A stretch of 64,000 nucleotides of DNA, taken from assembly GCA_973895155.1 (NCBI GenBank), contig OZ316891.1, positions 1,541,324-1,605,323 of the forward strand, given 5' to 3'. A model generated the notes under the pieces. It was not told the DNA's origin. It did not search any database and was given only the letters and a program-made list of their open reading frames with translations. Each line of letters opens with the position of its first letter. The stretch's first letter is position 1. Below are positions 13,244 through 25,340 of the stretch, one piece after another. Source of the DNA: Marsupella aquatica. Lineage: Eukaryota; Plantae; Marchantiophyta. Made by a program: the position numbers and the translations under genes.

Positions 13244-15569
13244 CTACCGTTCATAAACACCATCCTGACTTGATTGTTTCTTGAACAAGCTGAGCGGCAA
13301 ATCTAATCTTGCAACTTGTCCGACTATCGACAACCAGGCAAGCATATATTGTCCTGGAAAAGAACTCGGCTTGAATTGGAGCAAGTTCCCTTCCACGATA
13401 ACAGAGGTTTTGGGAATATCCGGAAGTAGGGCAGCATCCTGGAGGAAGAGAGACTCACCATTCTGATTTGTTTTAGATTCGTTATGGAATCCGAGCCAAT
13501 CCGAAAGGATCAATGCCATCACCTGGCTTGTACCACAAGGGTGGAATGACAACCAAGGCCGATGCAAAACAGGATGCTCCTGCCACCATCAAGCAATCGA
13601 ATCAATAACCTTAACCATAATCATTCAATTTGAAAAATCCCAGCATCAAACTTTCCTTTAAGCCCTACCCGAAACTATTTACACAAAACAACTTCAAAAA
13701 GCCTCAGCAACTGCAACCAAAGCTTCAGTCGTATCTAGTGGCTCACCAAGTCGAACTGTAACAACCACATAGAAGTCCACCCAACAGTCCATAAACAAAC
13801 AACATAAACCTACTCATGAGCTACATTTGGCACAGGGGCAACGACTCTCTCCGTCGACTCGCCTGTCATTTCACAGATGCAGAATTTCGCTCCATCATAT
13901 AACGTGGAAAAGAAGGGCATTTAGGACTAACTTCTTGTGTCAGGAAAGTCCACGGAGATTTTTCCAGCAGTAGTAGAGAATCAGCTGTAAGGATCCTCTT
14001 AACATCTTCAATGTTTAGGGCACTACCATCTGCAATACTTTGTATGATCATTAAATTCCACAAAGTTCAACAACTTTACATTTTGGAAATCACCAAAAAG
14101 TCACCATATCAAAAGGTCAGTTATCTTGGGTATCCCGCACGTACAGACAGGTAATAGCATGATGAAGACCGCAAGAAACCTGGGCTAAAATACCTGAATG
14201 AAAACCTCGAAAGAAAAGAGTGGGAACCTTGTACGATTCACTGTAAATAACATGATACGTGAAGGAGGCGTGCTGCCTTATTAACACTGGATCGAAGACC
14301 TGCAACGACCAACTTGAATGGTGAACTTCAAACGCTTCATTTGCATCAACTCAATACTCAGATGGAAAATATAAGCTCATTTTTCATACAATTGCGAGGC
14401 TACAGCGACAAACCTGCTCCCCCTAACCGGACTCTACCACCTCAAATCTCTCATGAGGAGGACCTCTACTTACACTCGCGCTGAAGGGGAAAACAATTTG
14501 TGTCTAGATACGTAACTGCTTTTCCAAAAGTTTAGGTTAGAATGTAAGAACCATAGCTCACCAGTGTTGCGGCGTCTGCAAAATCACCCCCATAGTCACT
14601 CTTGAGTGCTGGAGGATCTACATCACTCAAACAGTCACTCTCCCCTGAAGTCTGCAGCCCCTGCACTTAAAAACGTGATACAAATGATCACGACCATATA
14701 TTTCAAGAAGTGATGTGACCACTAGCGAATGACAGGTCTGAAATATTTGCATCGAAAACCTTTAATAAAATCAGGTATACACTGAATGTATCAAGGACTT
14801 TCAAACCAACACGTGATTAGCGTAACCTGAATCAGAATTTAGGGTACAGTTTTTCCCCTGAATATGTTTTTGTCACTGGCGGAGTATTAACGTCAGAACT
14901 TGAACTGACTGATAGCTTCAGGTATCAGGTATAAATGGACTCGGATCATCTTTAGAGAGACCTCAATTGCACAAGCTAGGTCTCAAATGCACAAGGAATT
15001 TTCAGCTTGGCACGAATTGAGAAAAGTTAATTGAATCTGTAGCGAAGCCTTCATGTGCCGCATTTTGTCACCAGGAATCAACAGTGCGGCTACGACTCAC
15101 AGCTCAATTAATCAGAAAAACCCACCCCTGAATCGGAGTTATCCGTCGATGTGGGCACATCGTCTAGCGTCAAGTACCCTCCAGCCTGCACAGATTCTAC
15201 GTTGAACAAAGGTCTATTGGTAAACTGGAATGTCCGATATAGATACAAGCATACCAGTAATTGATTTTCAAAGAGCATTCCAGGGCTGTGCCAACTAGGG
15301 TTCTTTTCAAGGTGCTGCGCTTTGTGCAGCGTGTCATCTTCAATCGAGGTCCAAAACCCCGTGCTTGCCCTACATAAAGCGCATGAAGTACTACCTTCTC
15401 AGTCACAAAAAGTTGCGAAATCACACAACAGTCAATCTGGTACCGTAGAATCAGCCCATGGCTGCCATTGCCAGTGGTAACGGCTGCTGGCGTCCGCAGC
15501 ATGCCACAGGGCCAGAAACGCCATCGATTCGTCTCGGAACTCCATGCTGGACACTGTTCCATCCCACAT
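13244..15569 (-). CDS. ATG10: Ubiquitin-like-conjugating enzyme ATG10 (6 coding exons)
   Basis: Approximate exons: 15569-15444 (MWDGTVSSMEF...WQWQPW), ~15186-15127, 14660-14562 (DAATL), 14299-14194 (YHVIYSESYKVPTLFF), 14030-13933 (WTFLTQE), 13579-13244 (EHPVLHRPWLSFHPCGT with catalytic Cys; YMLAWLSIVG). Confidence 0.93.
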
Positions 15570-16251
15570 CCTACTAGTTTTTCCAAATTCAAGTCTATCC
15601 TTCAAAGGCTACGACGAAAGGCTGTGAAGGGAAGGCTGAGTTCTCCTTTCCTTCAAGAAGCATGGGATCGCCGATGAATAGAATCAATTCTCCCCGAAAA
15701 ACATGACGAGCCTTAGTGCACCATACTTCGCCGCCCTGTTGTCATTCTGTAGCAATGTTTCATGCAATCCTTCGTTTTCTAGCAACGCTCAAGGAAACAC
15801 TCAGCAACGGCATCCAAGAGCACCAGAAAGATAGGATTTCCGGGATTTTTAAAGAGAGAGCGACGCTAGGTAGAAAACCTCCATTGTCAATTCCAATTGA
15901 AGTCAACCTAGTGCTCTGCCCTCCAATATTCTTTTCCAATTTCATTCATAATGGAAGCATTAAAGAGCTGCCGATGGATCGCGACTTTGCAGAGCAAAAC
16001 AGAGTATCATAATCTGCTGGAGTTCGGTGAGTTGATGCCCACGTCCATCAAGCTTGACATCGACTTGTAGCCGTGCCAATTCTCCATCATTTGGGGAGGT
16101 ATTATATAATGTGAGCAAAGAGGAATTGTGGAATTGTGTTAACCATGGAGTGTTGTTAACGAGACACCAGTGATTTTAAATTTTTTAAATTTTTTTGCTT
16201 TTTTGTTTTCTTTTATATTTTTTGAGTTTTTTATGAATCCAGATGGCTACC

Positions 16252-16332
16252 GAACACAATGCCCAAGCACTATATTCGAATAGTGGGCCGGAGGGCGCTA
16301 TATTCGAATATAGTGCTCTAGACATTGTGTTC
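16252..16332. repeat. ~80-bp inverted repeat (hairpin)
   Basis: gaacacaatgcccaagcactatattcgaata ... tattcgaatatagtgctctagacattgtgttc; arms of about 31 bp. Confidence 0.8.
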
Positions 16333-17729
16333 AAATTTTGTGGCAAGGTTTTGAATTTGTTCACTTATGGCGTTGTGTTCAAAAAATGGTGTTGTGTTTG
16401 AGTTTGACTTTGTTTTTGAGTTTAGGCATTGTGTATAAGGCTAGGAGATTGATTTATGGTGTAAGCACAAATAAAAGTCATATATAAAACTGATGTCTTA
16501 AATAAAGTGTGATTACCGGCAGTAGTTCTGTTCTCATGCACTCTTTTCTTTGGTTCTACAGCCGTGTTTCTCTAAGTGCACACTCCTGGGAACAAGCATA
16601 GGGCATGCACTTCTTGATAATAAGTGCAAACCTATCCAATTGTGTCATACCTCTTTGTTAAACGTGCAACTATTATCCTTCTTCAGGAACATTTTAGTGA
16701 CTCACATGGTATCTGATTGTACATCCCTGGACTAAATTGGGTACTCTTCTCTATATGAGCAATTTGTACTTTACTTGAAAATGCTATGCACTTATGAGTG
16801 AGTGAGATTTGGTCAGATTGTGCACTTACTGATAAGTATTCATGTACATTTAATAAGGCTTGCACTCACAAGCTGTCATTGTGCAACTAAATTAGGCCCA
16901 CTAGCACTTACAAATGATGGGAAATAGTGCAAATTCCATGTATTAAGAAAAGTAATTAAAGAACCAGCTTCCTTGCAGTTATTCATGTTTGCACTTATTT
17001 ATTGTGCACTTAGAGAGAGACAGCTGTAGTGTTAGTAGTTCTTCAGCCTAATCCGGTACTTCACTTGAACTTCACCCCTGATCACCATCCCCAAACCAAT
17101 GATTCAGCCCTATGATCCCTGCCATATGGGCCTCTTAGAGTCTAATGGTAGTGGTGATAGCTACACTGATTACCCTAATTAATCTCACACACAGTATTTG
17201 GGAACAAAGGTTTTTGAAAGCTGTCACCATAATTAATGTGTGTGAGACTATATAAGAAGTGAGACTAAATACATGTTATTCTAAATTAGAGTAAGTGAGA
17301 TTATTTTTGGTGACACTCAAATAGTGTGTGATGAACACATATTATGTATATAGCTTATGAAAACTACAAATATTTCTAGTAGTAAGATATATTTGTAATG
17401 GCGTATAAAATTAAAAATGAATGTCAATTGAAAGTCAGATTTCATTAAAGTATGATGAAATGAAAACCAGGTTATAAATACAATCAAAATCAAATTAGAA
17501 CCAATGACAATAGACTGAACTCTTTACTTGTACTAATATTTATATTTTTTCAGATTTGTAGTCACACCCTTATTAGTGTGTGTGATACTATTTATGCAGG
17601 GAGACTATATAAGTTATGATACTAATTACGGTAAACAGTGTAACTTGTTGAGTGTGTTAGGCACTTACTATTAGATCTAGAGTAATTATGTGATTGCTAT
17701 TAGTCTAATCTCACTCAATTGCTTGGTCA

Positions 17730-17900
17730 AGGGAGTGTCAAAGTTATCCTGTTACACTTTGGTTATGGCTTCTTCTTTTGACGGACCACCCTGGCTTATG
17801 GGGTACGTATTTTGGTAACCTATAATGATTTTGTCCTAGCCGTAAGTGTATTTTATGTCCTGAGGCGTAACTCAGGTACAACTGTGCTTTGACACACCCT
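17730..17900. mobile_element. Tourist/PIF-Harbinger-like MITE, copy A
   Basis: TIRs AGGGAGTGTCAAAG ... CTTTGACACACCCT. The interior is homologous, inverted, to 57802-57969. Confidence 0.75.
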
Positions 17901-18725
17901 CTTATATTCATTAGCAGATGTTTACTTACTATCAAGACTTAATTGATGAGTACATATAACTTAGGCTCATTAATTCAAAGCTAGACAGTTGGGACATACA
18001 AAAAGCTTAGTTTGCAAAGACTCAACATGGCAAAGCTCTCTTGTGTGTGGTGAACTCAGCCTCTAGCTAGGCAAATCATGTATCTCCTATATTGATTACT
18101 TTTGTGATTGTCATATGTTCCACATGTGCATATTGTCTGTCTTGTGAGTAGCAATGATTAAATGCTTATAATAACAATAAATACATACCTACTACAATAA
18201 GAAGTTGTTTCCAATTGTGTTGTGTTGACCAGAGAGGCATGACTCACATTGAATTCCAGTGTATCACTACTTTTCTTATTAAATTTTTTGAAAAAGGTAT
18301 GTCTCCTATGATCTCGAAAGTGATATAAGAATCGTAGGCATAACTTACTTGGTCAAGGTCCTTCTCTCTCCACCTCAGTTCTTTGGTGGATTCATTTATC
18401 CTTTGCGTACAATTTTCTGTAATCGGAGAAGCTGGGTGTCGTTGTCTGCCGGAAGGCAGGATTACATTTCATTCCCATGTTCTCCCAAGGCGCTAAAGCT
18501 CAAAGAACGGCGCGCGGTGAGCGAGTGATTTTGACCCGAAGATGCTTGCCTGCCTGCCGAATAGCTGTACGACTTCATTTTCGTGCAGCTGATGTTATGA
18601 TGAGTCCTGGATATGTGTTTGATGCGACTCCACTCCTACCGGGAATCACGGCTCATAATTCTCCACAGCTTAATGATTACTTTGTTCTTTAGACGTACAT
18701 ACTTTTCTTAGCGGTTGATCTTTGG

Positions 18726-18845
18726 TTCTCTTATTTAGTCTTTCCCGTTGATCTCTTCTGACCTGGTGTAAACCGGAAAAAATATTTCTCTTATTTAGTC
18801 TTTCCCGTTGATCTCTTCTGCCGTGGTGTAAACCGGAAAATATTT
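18726..18845. repeat. ~60-bp tandem duplication
   Basis: ttctcttatttagtctttcccgttgatctcttctg....tggtgtaaaccggaaaa occurs twice. Confidence 0.9.
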
Positions 18846-20624
18846 AAGTGGGCCCGCCTTTGTGTCCTCCATTCAGTAAAGGATTCACATATACTTGTTT
18901 ACATGTATTCCAATTTTTCGTAGCAGTGGGCAGATAGAGGCCGCCTCTGGCGATGCCTTGAGAACGGTATTTTGTTCAGGTTCTTGCCTTGAAATTACAA
19001 AGAGGGGGTTGCTGAGTTCCTGAAAAAACCCAGTAGGCATAGACTGAGTTGGAGGAGCATCGAGTATCAAGATAATTCAACTCAGGAAATCCAAACATGC
19101 CACAAATTATTTGACATGTACATACAGTAGCGATTTACTTATAATTGTAACTCATAGCTGCATACAATTTAGGTCTGTTATATACTCAGTCGGAACCATC
19201 CATAGATTCAAGGCCAACTGAAAATGGAGGCCAGACTACCGTGACAGATACTCATCCACTGGGTCAAAATGTCTATATCCGTCCGCTCGTCTATTATTGT
19301 GTACAATGCACGGTGGGAGAGCGACAATGCGTGAAACACCTGCATGCAAAGAGCACACAATCACTGTCATATGGTCGTTTCGCCATCCGGTGAGACTTTT
19401 CCCACATCCACTAATAACTAATGTTCGTACTTGAATGCCACGGAGGCCCTGCTACAGTTATATTAGTTGGACCGAGTGTGACTGTCGATCGTTCATAGTA
19501 CATACCTTCATAAACAATGGATGCACATATCACCACATTTTGATGTGTGATTAACGCAGGGGAATCCATTTTTATGTGTGATTACCGGTACGGGAAGCCT
19601 AACTGTACGCTAGTGCGATAGATATACCATAGCTCGGCTGCCATTGATCCCACCTGGCTGTGGAATCCAAAGCTGAGAATGCAATCACGAGTCAGAAGAA
19701 CGTGTAACGTTGTGCCGCTAGCCCCTCACTCAATCACATCGATCTTTAGAGGGCAGGGAAGCTAGTATATATATATGCATTCAGAGGGTTAATACACGCA
19801 TACCCAACGCTTACCGACATTGCTGACCGATTGAGAATCTAGTGTCTTGGATGAGCAATTCTGATATTCCAGCATGCTGTACGTAATTTCAGTCATCCTA
19901 ACTAGTAGAGAGTCACAATTCTGCATGAAATCAAAATAGTCAGTTCCACTCTGACTCGAGACTTACCTGAATGTTGTAGCTGCCAATTTTGACAGATTCT
20001 ATCTCTTCTCTTGGATCGATATGAACACCGGTAGATTATATAGATCCCATCCATCAGTCTCCGTCCGGCAAAATCCTGATGCGTGATGGGAAGTTGTTGG
20101 CGGTGTGCTCTGACACTGGCCGGTATCTATCATGCATTTGCCTGCAAGCAAGAAGAGCTTCACAAGCAGATCGACGGGGGTGTATTAATCTAGGAGAGTG
20201 TATGAATGCTTGAATGCAGCTGTTGAGATTGGGAGACCGATCCTCCTTTCGAAATATATTTATGGATGAGCTCGACGTCTGACTGCGGCTGAAGTGGTCC
20301 ATCGATCGACCCTCAAGTTCGCGCCAGGCGGACGACAGCCAACGCAGGAGATCGAAGTCGGCAATGGAGTTCATTTTTTTATTGCCTTCGTGATTTTGTG
20401 TTCTCATGAAAGCGCCGCTCGGTGTGTGTATTTCCCCGCGTGTTTTGATCTTTCGGGTGATGGGATTAGAAATCGGAGGTCGGGGATTGGTTTGGATTGG
20501 GTGGGATGTATCGAGCTAGATCGTGAGGGTTTGGGACGGGGATGATCAGACATGGATCTTGGTTGTCAACTTAACGTAATTGCTTCTACTCTTTTCTGTA
20601 GATTTTCTTCGCACTCTAGTAATC

Positions 20625-23288
20625 ATGCCTTTGTCACAGAAACGTGGTGTTGAGACGGTTGAGATTATCAGTTCGGCAGAGTTCGCCAAAGCCTGCAGGA
20701 AGACGATTGTTCATAAGTCTTCGAGACAAAAATCTGAAGGAATACTGTCTTTCCTAGAAAAGCATCCCGCTGATCTTGCTGAAATCAGTGCGTCAGTTTT
20801 CGCCGAAGCCTGCGGGAAGATTTCTACCCCTGATGCTGTGAAGATGAAATCCGAACCAGACCAATGCTGCCCTGAGCTGCCAAGGCGTTCACGTCGTGTG
20901 CTACAGCACTGTCCAGACTATAGAGAGACCCAGGTGAGTGACTCAGAAGATTCAGGCTCCAGTAACAGTCAATCTCCTTCTCAAGGACCTGAGGCTGTGA
21001 AGAAGGCACGCATCAATGGAACGGACTCCAGTACTGACTCCGAGGTTGCAAACCATGATTCTAGAGAGATTCAGGTGAGTGACTCAGAAGATCCACGCTC
21101 CATTAACAGTAAATCTCCTCCTAAAGAAGCTCCGGCTGTGAAGAAGGCCCGCATCAATGGAATGGACTCTAGTACTGGCTCAAAGGTTTACAACCATGAT
21201 TCTACAGAGACAGCAAGGGCCATTGAATTGTCCTGCAGTGACAGTGAATCTCCTCAGCGAGGCCCCGACGTTGTGAAGACAGACAAGAAGACGTTTGTGT
21301 CCAACGCCATGAAACGACAATCGGTCAAAGCTAAAGTATCGCAAAGCTCCAGCCCGCCAAAGTATTGTCATTCGTGTAGACGACGGTCTCGAAATGTAAC
21401 GCATCTGGTCCGATGTTCTCGATGTGTTCTGGCATTTTGTGGCAAATGCCTAGCACTGAGACACGGGGAAGATTCGCTTGAAGAGGCCGGACCAGGACTG
21501 CAGTGGGTGTGTCCAAAGTGCAGAGGCGGATGCGGGCCTGGTTGCGAGAAATTCTGGTAATTCTGGTTCAATTCGCCTTACAGGCTGCAAATCTCTTTAA
21601 TATGCAAAGAATGAAAAGGACTCCTACTTACTGTTTTATGTTCAGAATTTAGCACTTCCTGGCTTGCGCTTGGGTCCAAAGTCTCACGTACCAACTTTAT
21701 TCGAGAGACTGAAGTAACCGGTCCAAGTTATGTAAAGAACTTAGATCCTAATTTTGACTACCTGTTGATGTTGAGCAGCTGCACTTGTTCACAATGCCGC
21801 CCCGCGAAATGGATTCATTCACCGATATGGGCAGGGCAGAAAACGATCAAACATGTCTTAAAATCTACTGTCTTTGACGTCTGGCATGATTATCTCATAC
21901 ACTTGGAGACCGGTGAGTCCAAAGAGCAGATTGCAAATAGGAAATGCTCCCGTGGATGGACCAAGGCAGGTGGGAGCGGTGGCAAGAATTCCAACTTCAT
22001 CGGTGCAGCGAATCATCTCTCTCCAACCGAGAAAAAAACTGCAAATAAGAACAGAAGGAATGCGGGTGACGGATCAGACGATGAACTGACCTGCCAATCT
22101 GATCAGCTGTGGAGCCATCACAACCAGAAGAGACAGAATGTGACTTCTGAATTTGGTTGCACCACAGATGAAATGGAGACAGATGAAGGCAGCTTCAACC
22201 CAAACGTTGAGCTAAGTCTCTCTGCCACTGATGAATTTCACGCGAACACGAAGCTCTGTAAAGTATTGAAGGACTCATTGGTACCTTTTGATGACATGGC
22301 CGTGAACGTCTACCTTATGGGACTTTGGTTTAGTAAGGACAAAAACTTGATCGGGAAACGGACATTGTCGATATCTTTGAGTGAGAAAGAAGTGCAAGTC
22401 AGAAATGCAATCAAGGCAAGATCACATGCCAAAGCAATTGCATACCAGTTCGGTCCCACCAACAAGCCTAACACTTTCTTGGGTCGACCGAAATACCAGC
22501 AAGAAGAGATGAAGAATCGTCTGAAAGACCTCACGCTAAGGAAGGAGCTTGAAGAATCGAGGATGCATCTCCACCAAGTCTGTGAAAAGATGAATGTTAT
22601 GGTCACCGAACACTTGTCGAGAGCAAAGAAGAATATTATTTTGGCCATAGAACGTCTCACTGACTCTGTAGCGAATGCAGCTGATGGCATTCAACACGAC
22701 CCAGCAAATTTGGAGGGAGATATTGTCACTCGCAAAGTTGCTGTGGAGAAGATAATAGGTTCCATTCTGTGGATCACGGATCCACCCGAACGAGAAAGCT
22801 ATCAGACGGAGATGGATACGAAGAAACTGAGTGAGAATAATGAGTCGGAGGATCGTTCTACACTCGAATTTTTTGAAATGACGAGAACCAGCAGAAAAGC
22901 ATTAGGAGCTGAGTTAGATCGTTTGGGGATCCTAACAGTCAGTGTCTATCTAGCGAGCGAATGGTTCAGTCGAAAGAAGGACTGGAAGAGAAACCGACTG
23001 TTGATCAACTTGAGTGACAAGGAAGTAGAAGTGAAAAATGAGCTGAAAAAAGCTATGCTCCAAATTTTGCTAACCATTCAAATGTGCGGAGCACGTCGAG
23101 ATGTGGAGGAGCAATTTGAGGTAAATCTCCGGAATGAGCTTTCGGACTTCAGTATTGCAATCGACAGCGTCCTGCAGGAAATCGATGTCATGATCGCTCA
23201 AGCGTTACCCGACGTGAAGAGAAACGGAGATTTGGCTCTGGGAAACATGACGGACGCTGTACAGAAGGCTGTCGATGCCATTAATTAG
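20625..23288 (+). CDS. zf-4CXXC_R1 (CDCA7-type) zinc-finger protein with internal repeats and a duplicated helical C-terminal domain
   Basis: ATG at 20625; exons 20625-21556 and 21779-23288 (phase-2 GT-AG intron). The spliced finger reads CHSCRRR...CSRC..AFCGKCLALRHGE...WVCPKCRGGCGPGCEKFC/CTCSQCR...HDYLIHL. Confidence 0.8.
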
Positions 23289-23743
23289 GAGCAAAAAATA
23301 GATATAGACAAAGAGCATTCCTATCATATATCATTGAAAGCCCCAAATTAAGTGTTAAAAGGATCATTTGGGGAGGCGTCAGTGAAGCTGTACAGAAGAT
23401 TCTCAATGCCATTCCGTCTGGAAACCCAGCTACAGTAGACTCAACATTCTCCAGAAATTATAGCAGTTTCCGAGGGCGTGTGGCATCACTGAAAGTCATG
23501 CGCAATGGATAAAATCAATATAATAAGTTTGAACTCTTATTTCTTATTATCAATCTCAAGGTCATCATGTACAATTCAAGGTTATCATGCACAATGCTGT
23601 GAACTACAGCAAGCTCTACACTGTTGTTTTTGCAGTCTGTTGATTAAATTTCGTTGGTCACCGAAGCTCGAGTAAGAGCACGGATCTCCAGCGGATCTTT
23701 AGTATCATGTGCACTGAAAGCTGTGTTACTGTCCCAGCGGTCC

Positions 23744-23841
23744 GACGAATTCTCTATGATCCTCCGGTGGGTCAATCTGTCCTCGAATCTGGACGAATTC
23801 TCTATGATCCTCCCGTGGGTCAATCTGTCCTCGAATCTGTC
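23744..23841. repeat. 48-bp tandem duplication
   Basis: gacgaattctctatgatcctcc.gtgggtcaatctgtcctcgaatctg at 23744 and 23792. Confidence 0.9.
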
Positions 23842-24439
23842 CATTCGTACCGAACAGAATTGTAATTACGGTTGAAAGTCTTGCTTCCAGCTGATATCCT
23901 GGACAGTGACATCAATTTAAGGTGTGATCTGCATGCCAAGAGCTCCTGATCTTTGGCACAATCCAATCAAGTAAGGCTACTGATTATGAACGTTAAGATT
24001 GCTTTCGTGGCTTGGTACTGCAAGCCAACTCCAGTTTTTGTTTCTTGGTTAGTACGTGCTGTAAAGATTTGAGAGGGTCGTTTGTGAGTATAGATGTGAA
24101 CATTCAATTGAGTTACCAAAAACATGTCATTTGACAAATTTTAAATAGATATTTCAGGATGTCATGTGCCTTGTGGTTATCCATCTGGGAGTGTTTTGTG
24201 AAAAGTTCATAGATGTCACTGACCCTACCTAGCTACTAACCTTTGTATTTTTGGCCATTTTGGTTAAATCTTACTTATAAACTAGAGTTGGGGTCAGTAT
24301 AAACTAGAGTTGGGGTCTAGGTTTCTATGGTTCATCCAAAGCTCATGTATGTCAAATGAGAATCATGCAATCATGTTTTTACTCATCATTTTTATTTTTA
24401 TGGCCCCACCATAAAAAGGGTGTACATAAAAAGGTAAAA

Positions 24440-25340
24440 TTACAGTATCTTATATATAATTTTTAATATTAATATGATTATATTTATGATAACTATTTTG
24501 TCATATTTTTTAATCTTAAAAAACATAAATAAAAAATATTTTTTGATGATATCTTTATTAATTTTATTAATTATTCATATTCATGGGTATTTGGGATTTG
24601 TTATTTCAAATAATCGTAAATGAATAATTAATATAAAAAAATTAATAACTAAATATTAAAAATAATATAAAAATAATATTGAAATATAAAAAACTATATT
24701 ATCCAAATCAAAATTTTTTAATTTTTTTATTATAATTATTTATTATTAAAAATAATATTTCAAATATAACATATTTAATATTATAATTATATTAATATAA
24801 TTTAAATTCAATATAGTAATTTTAATATTTCATTAAATTTGATATAAAATAAATTTTAAAATTTTAAAACAAACAACTAAAAATATTTGATTAAAAAAAA
24901 TATTAAAATTAAAAATAATTAAAAATTATTATTCATTATTAAATAATATAATCTAATATAATTATTAAATTAAATATTTTAATTATTTTTAAATCATTAA
25001 ATTAATTATTGTATTATTTTTAAAATTTTTAATATATTTTTTTTCAAAAATTTAAAATTTTATATTATATTTTTATAAAATAAATTTATTTTAAAATATT
25101 AGGATTATTAAAATATTCATAAATTTATTAAAATAATTTCATAATTTTTTTTATTATATATAAATAATATTTTTAATAAAAAATACATTTTTTTAATTTA
25201 TAATGAAATATTGAAATTACTATATAATATTTATAATAAATTAATAATATTTTTTTTAATAATTTAATATAATTATATTTTTATAAAATTATCAATAGAT
25301 TGAGATTTTTAATATATTTTTTCATAATAAACAATGAAAA
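24440..25340. other. Extremely AT-rich low-complexity island (~0.9 kb)
   Basis: Almost exclusively A/T by eye, with sharp boundaries against flanks of ordinary composition. Confidence 0.9.
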
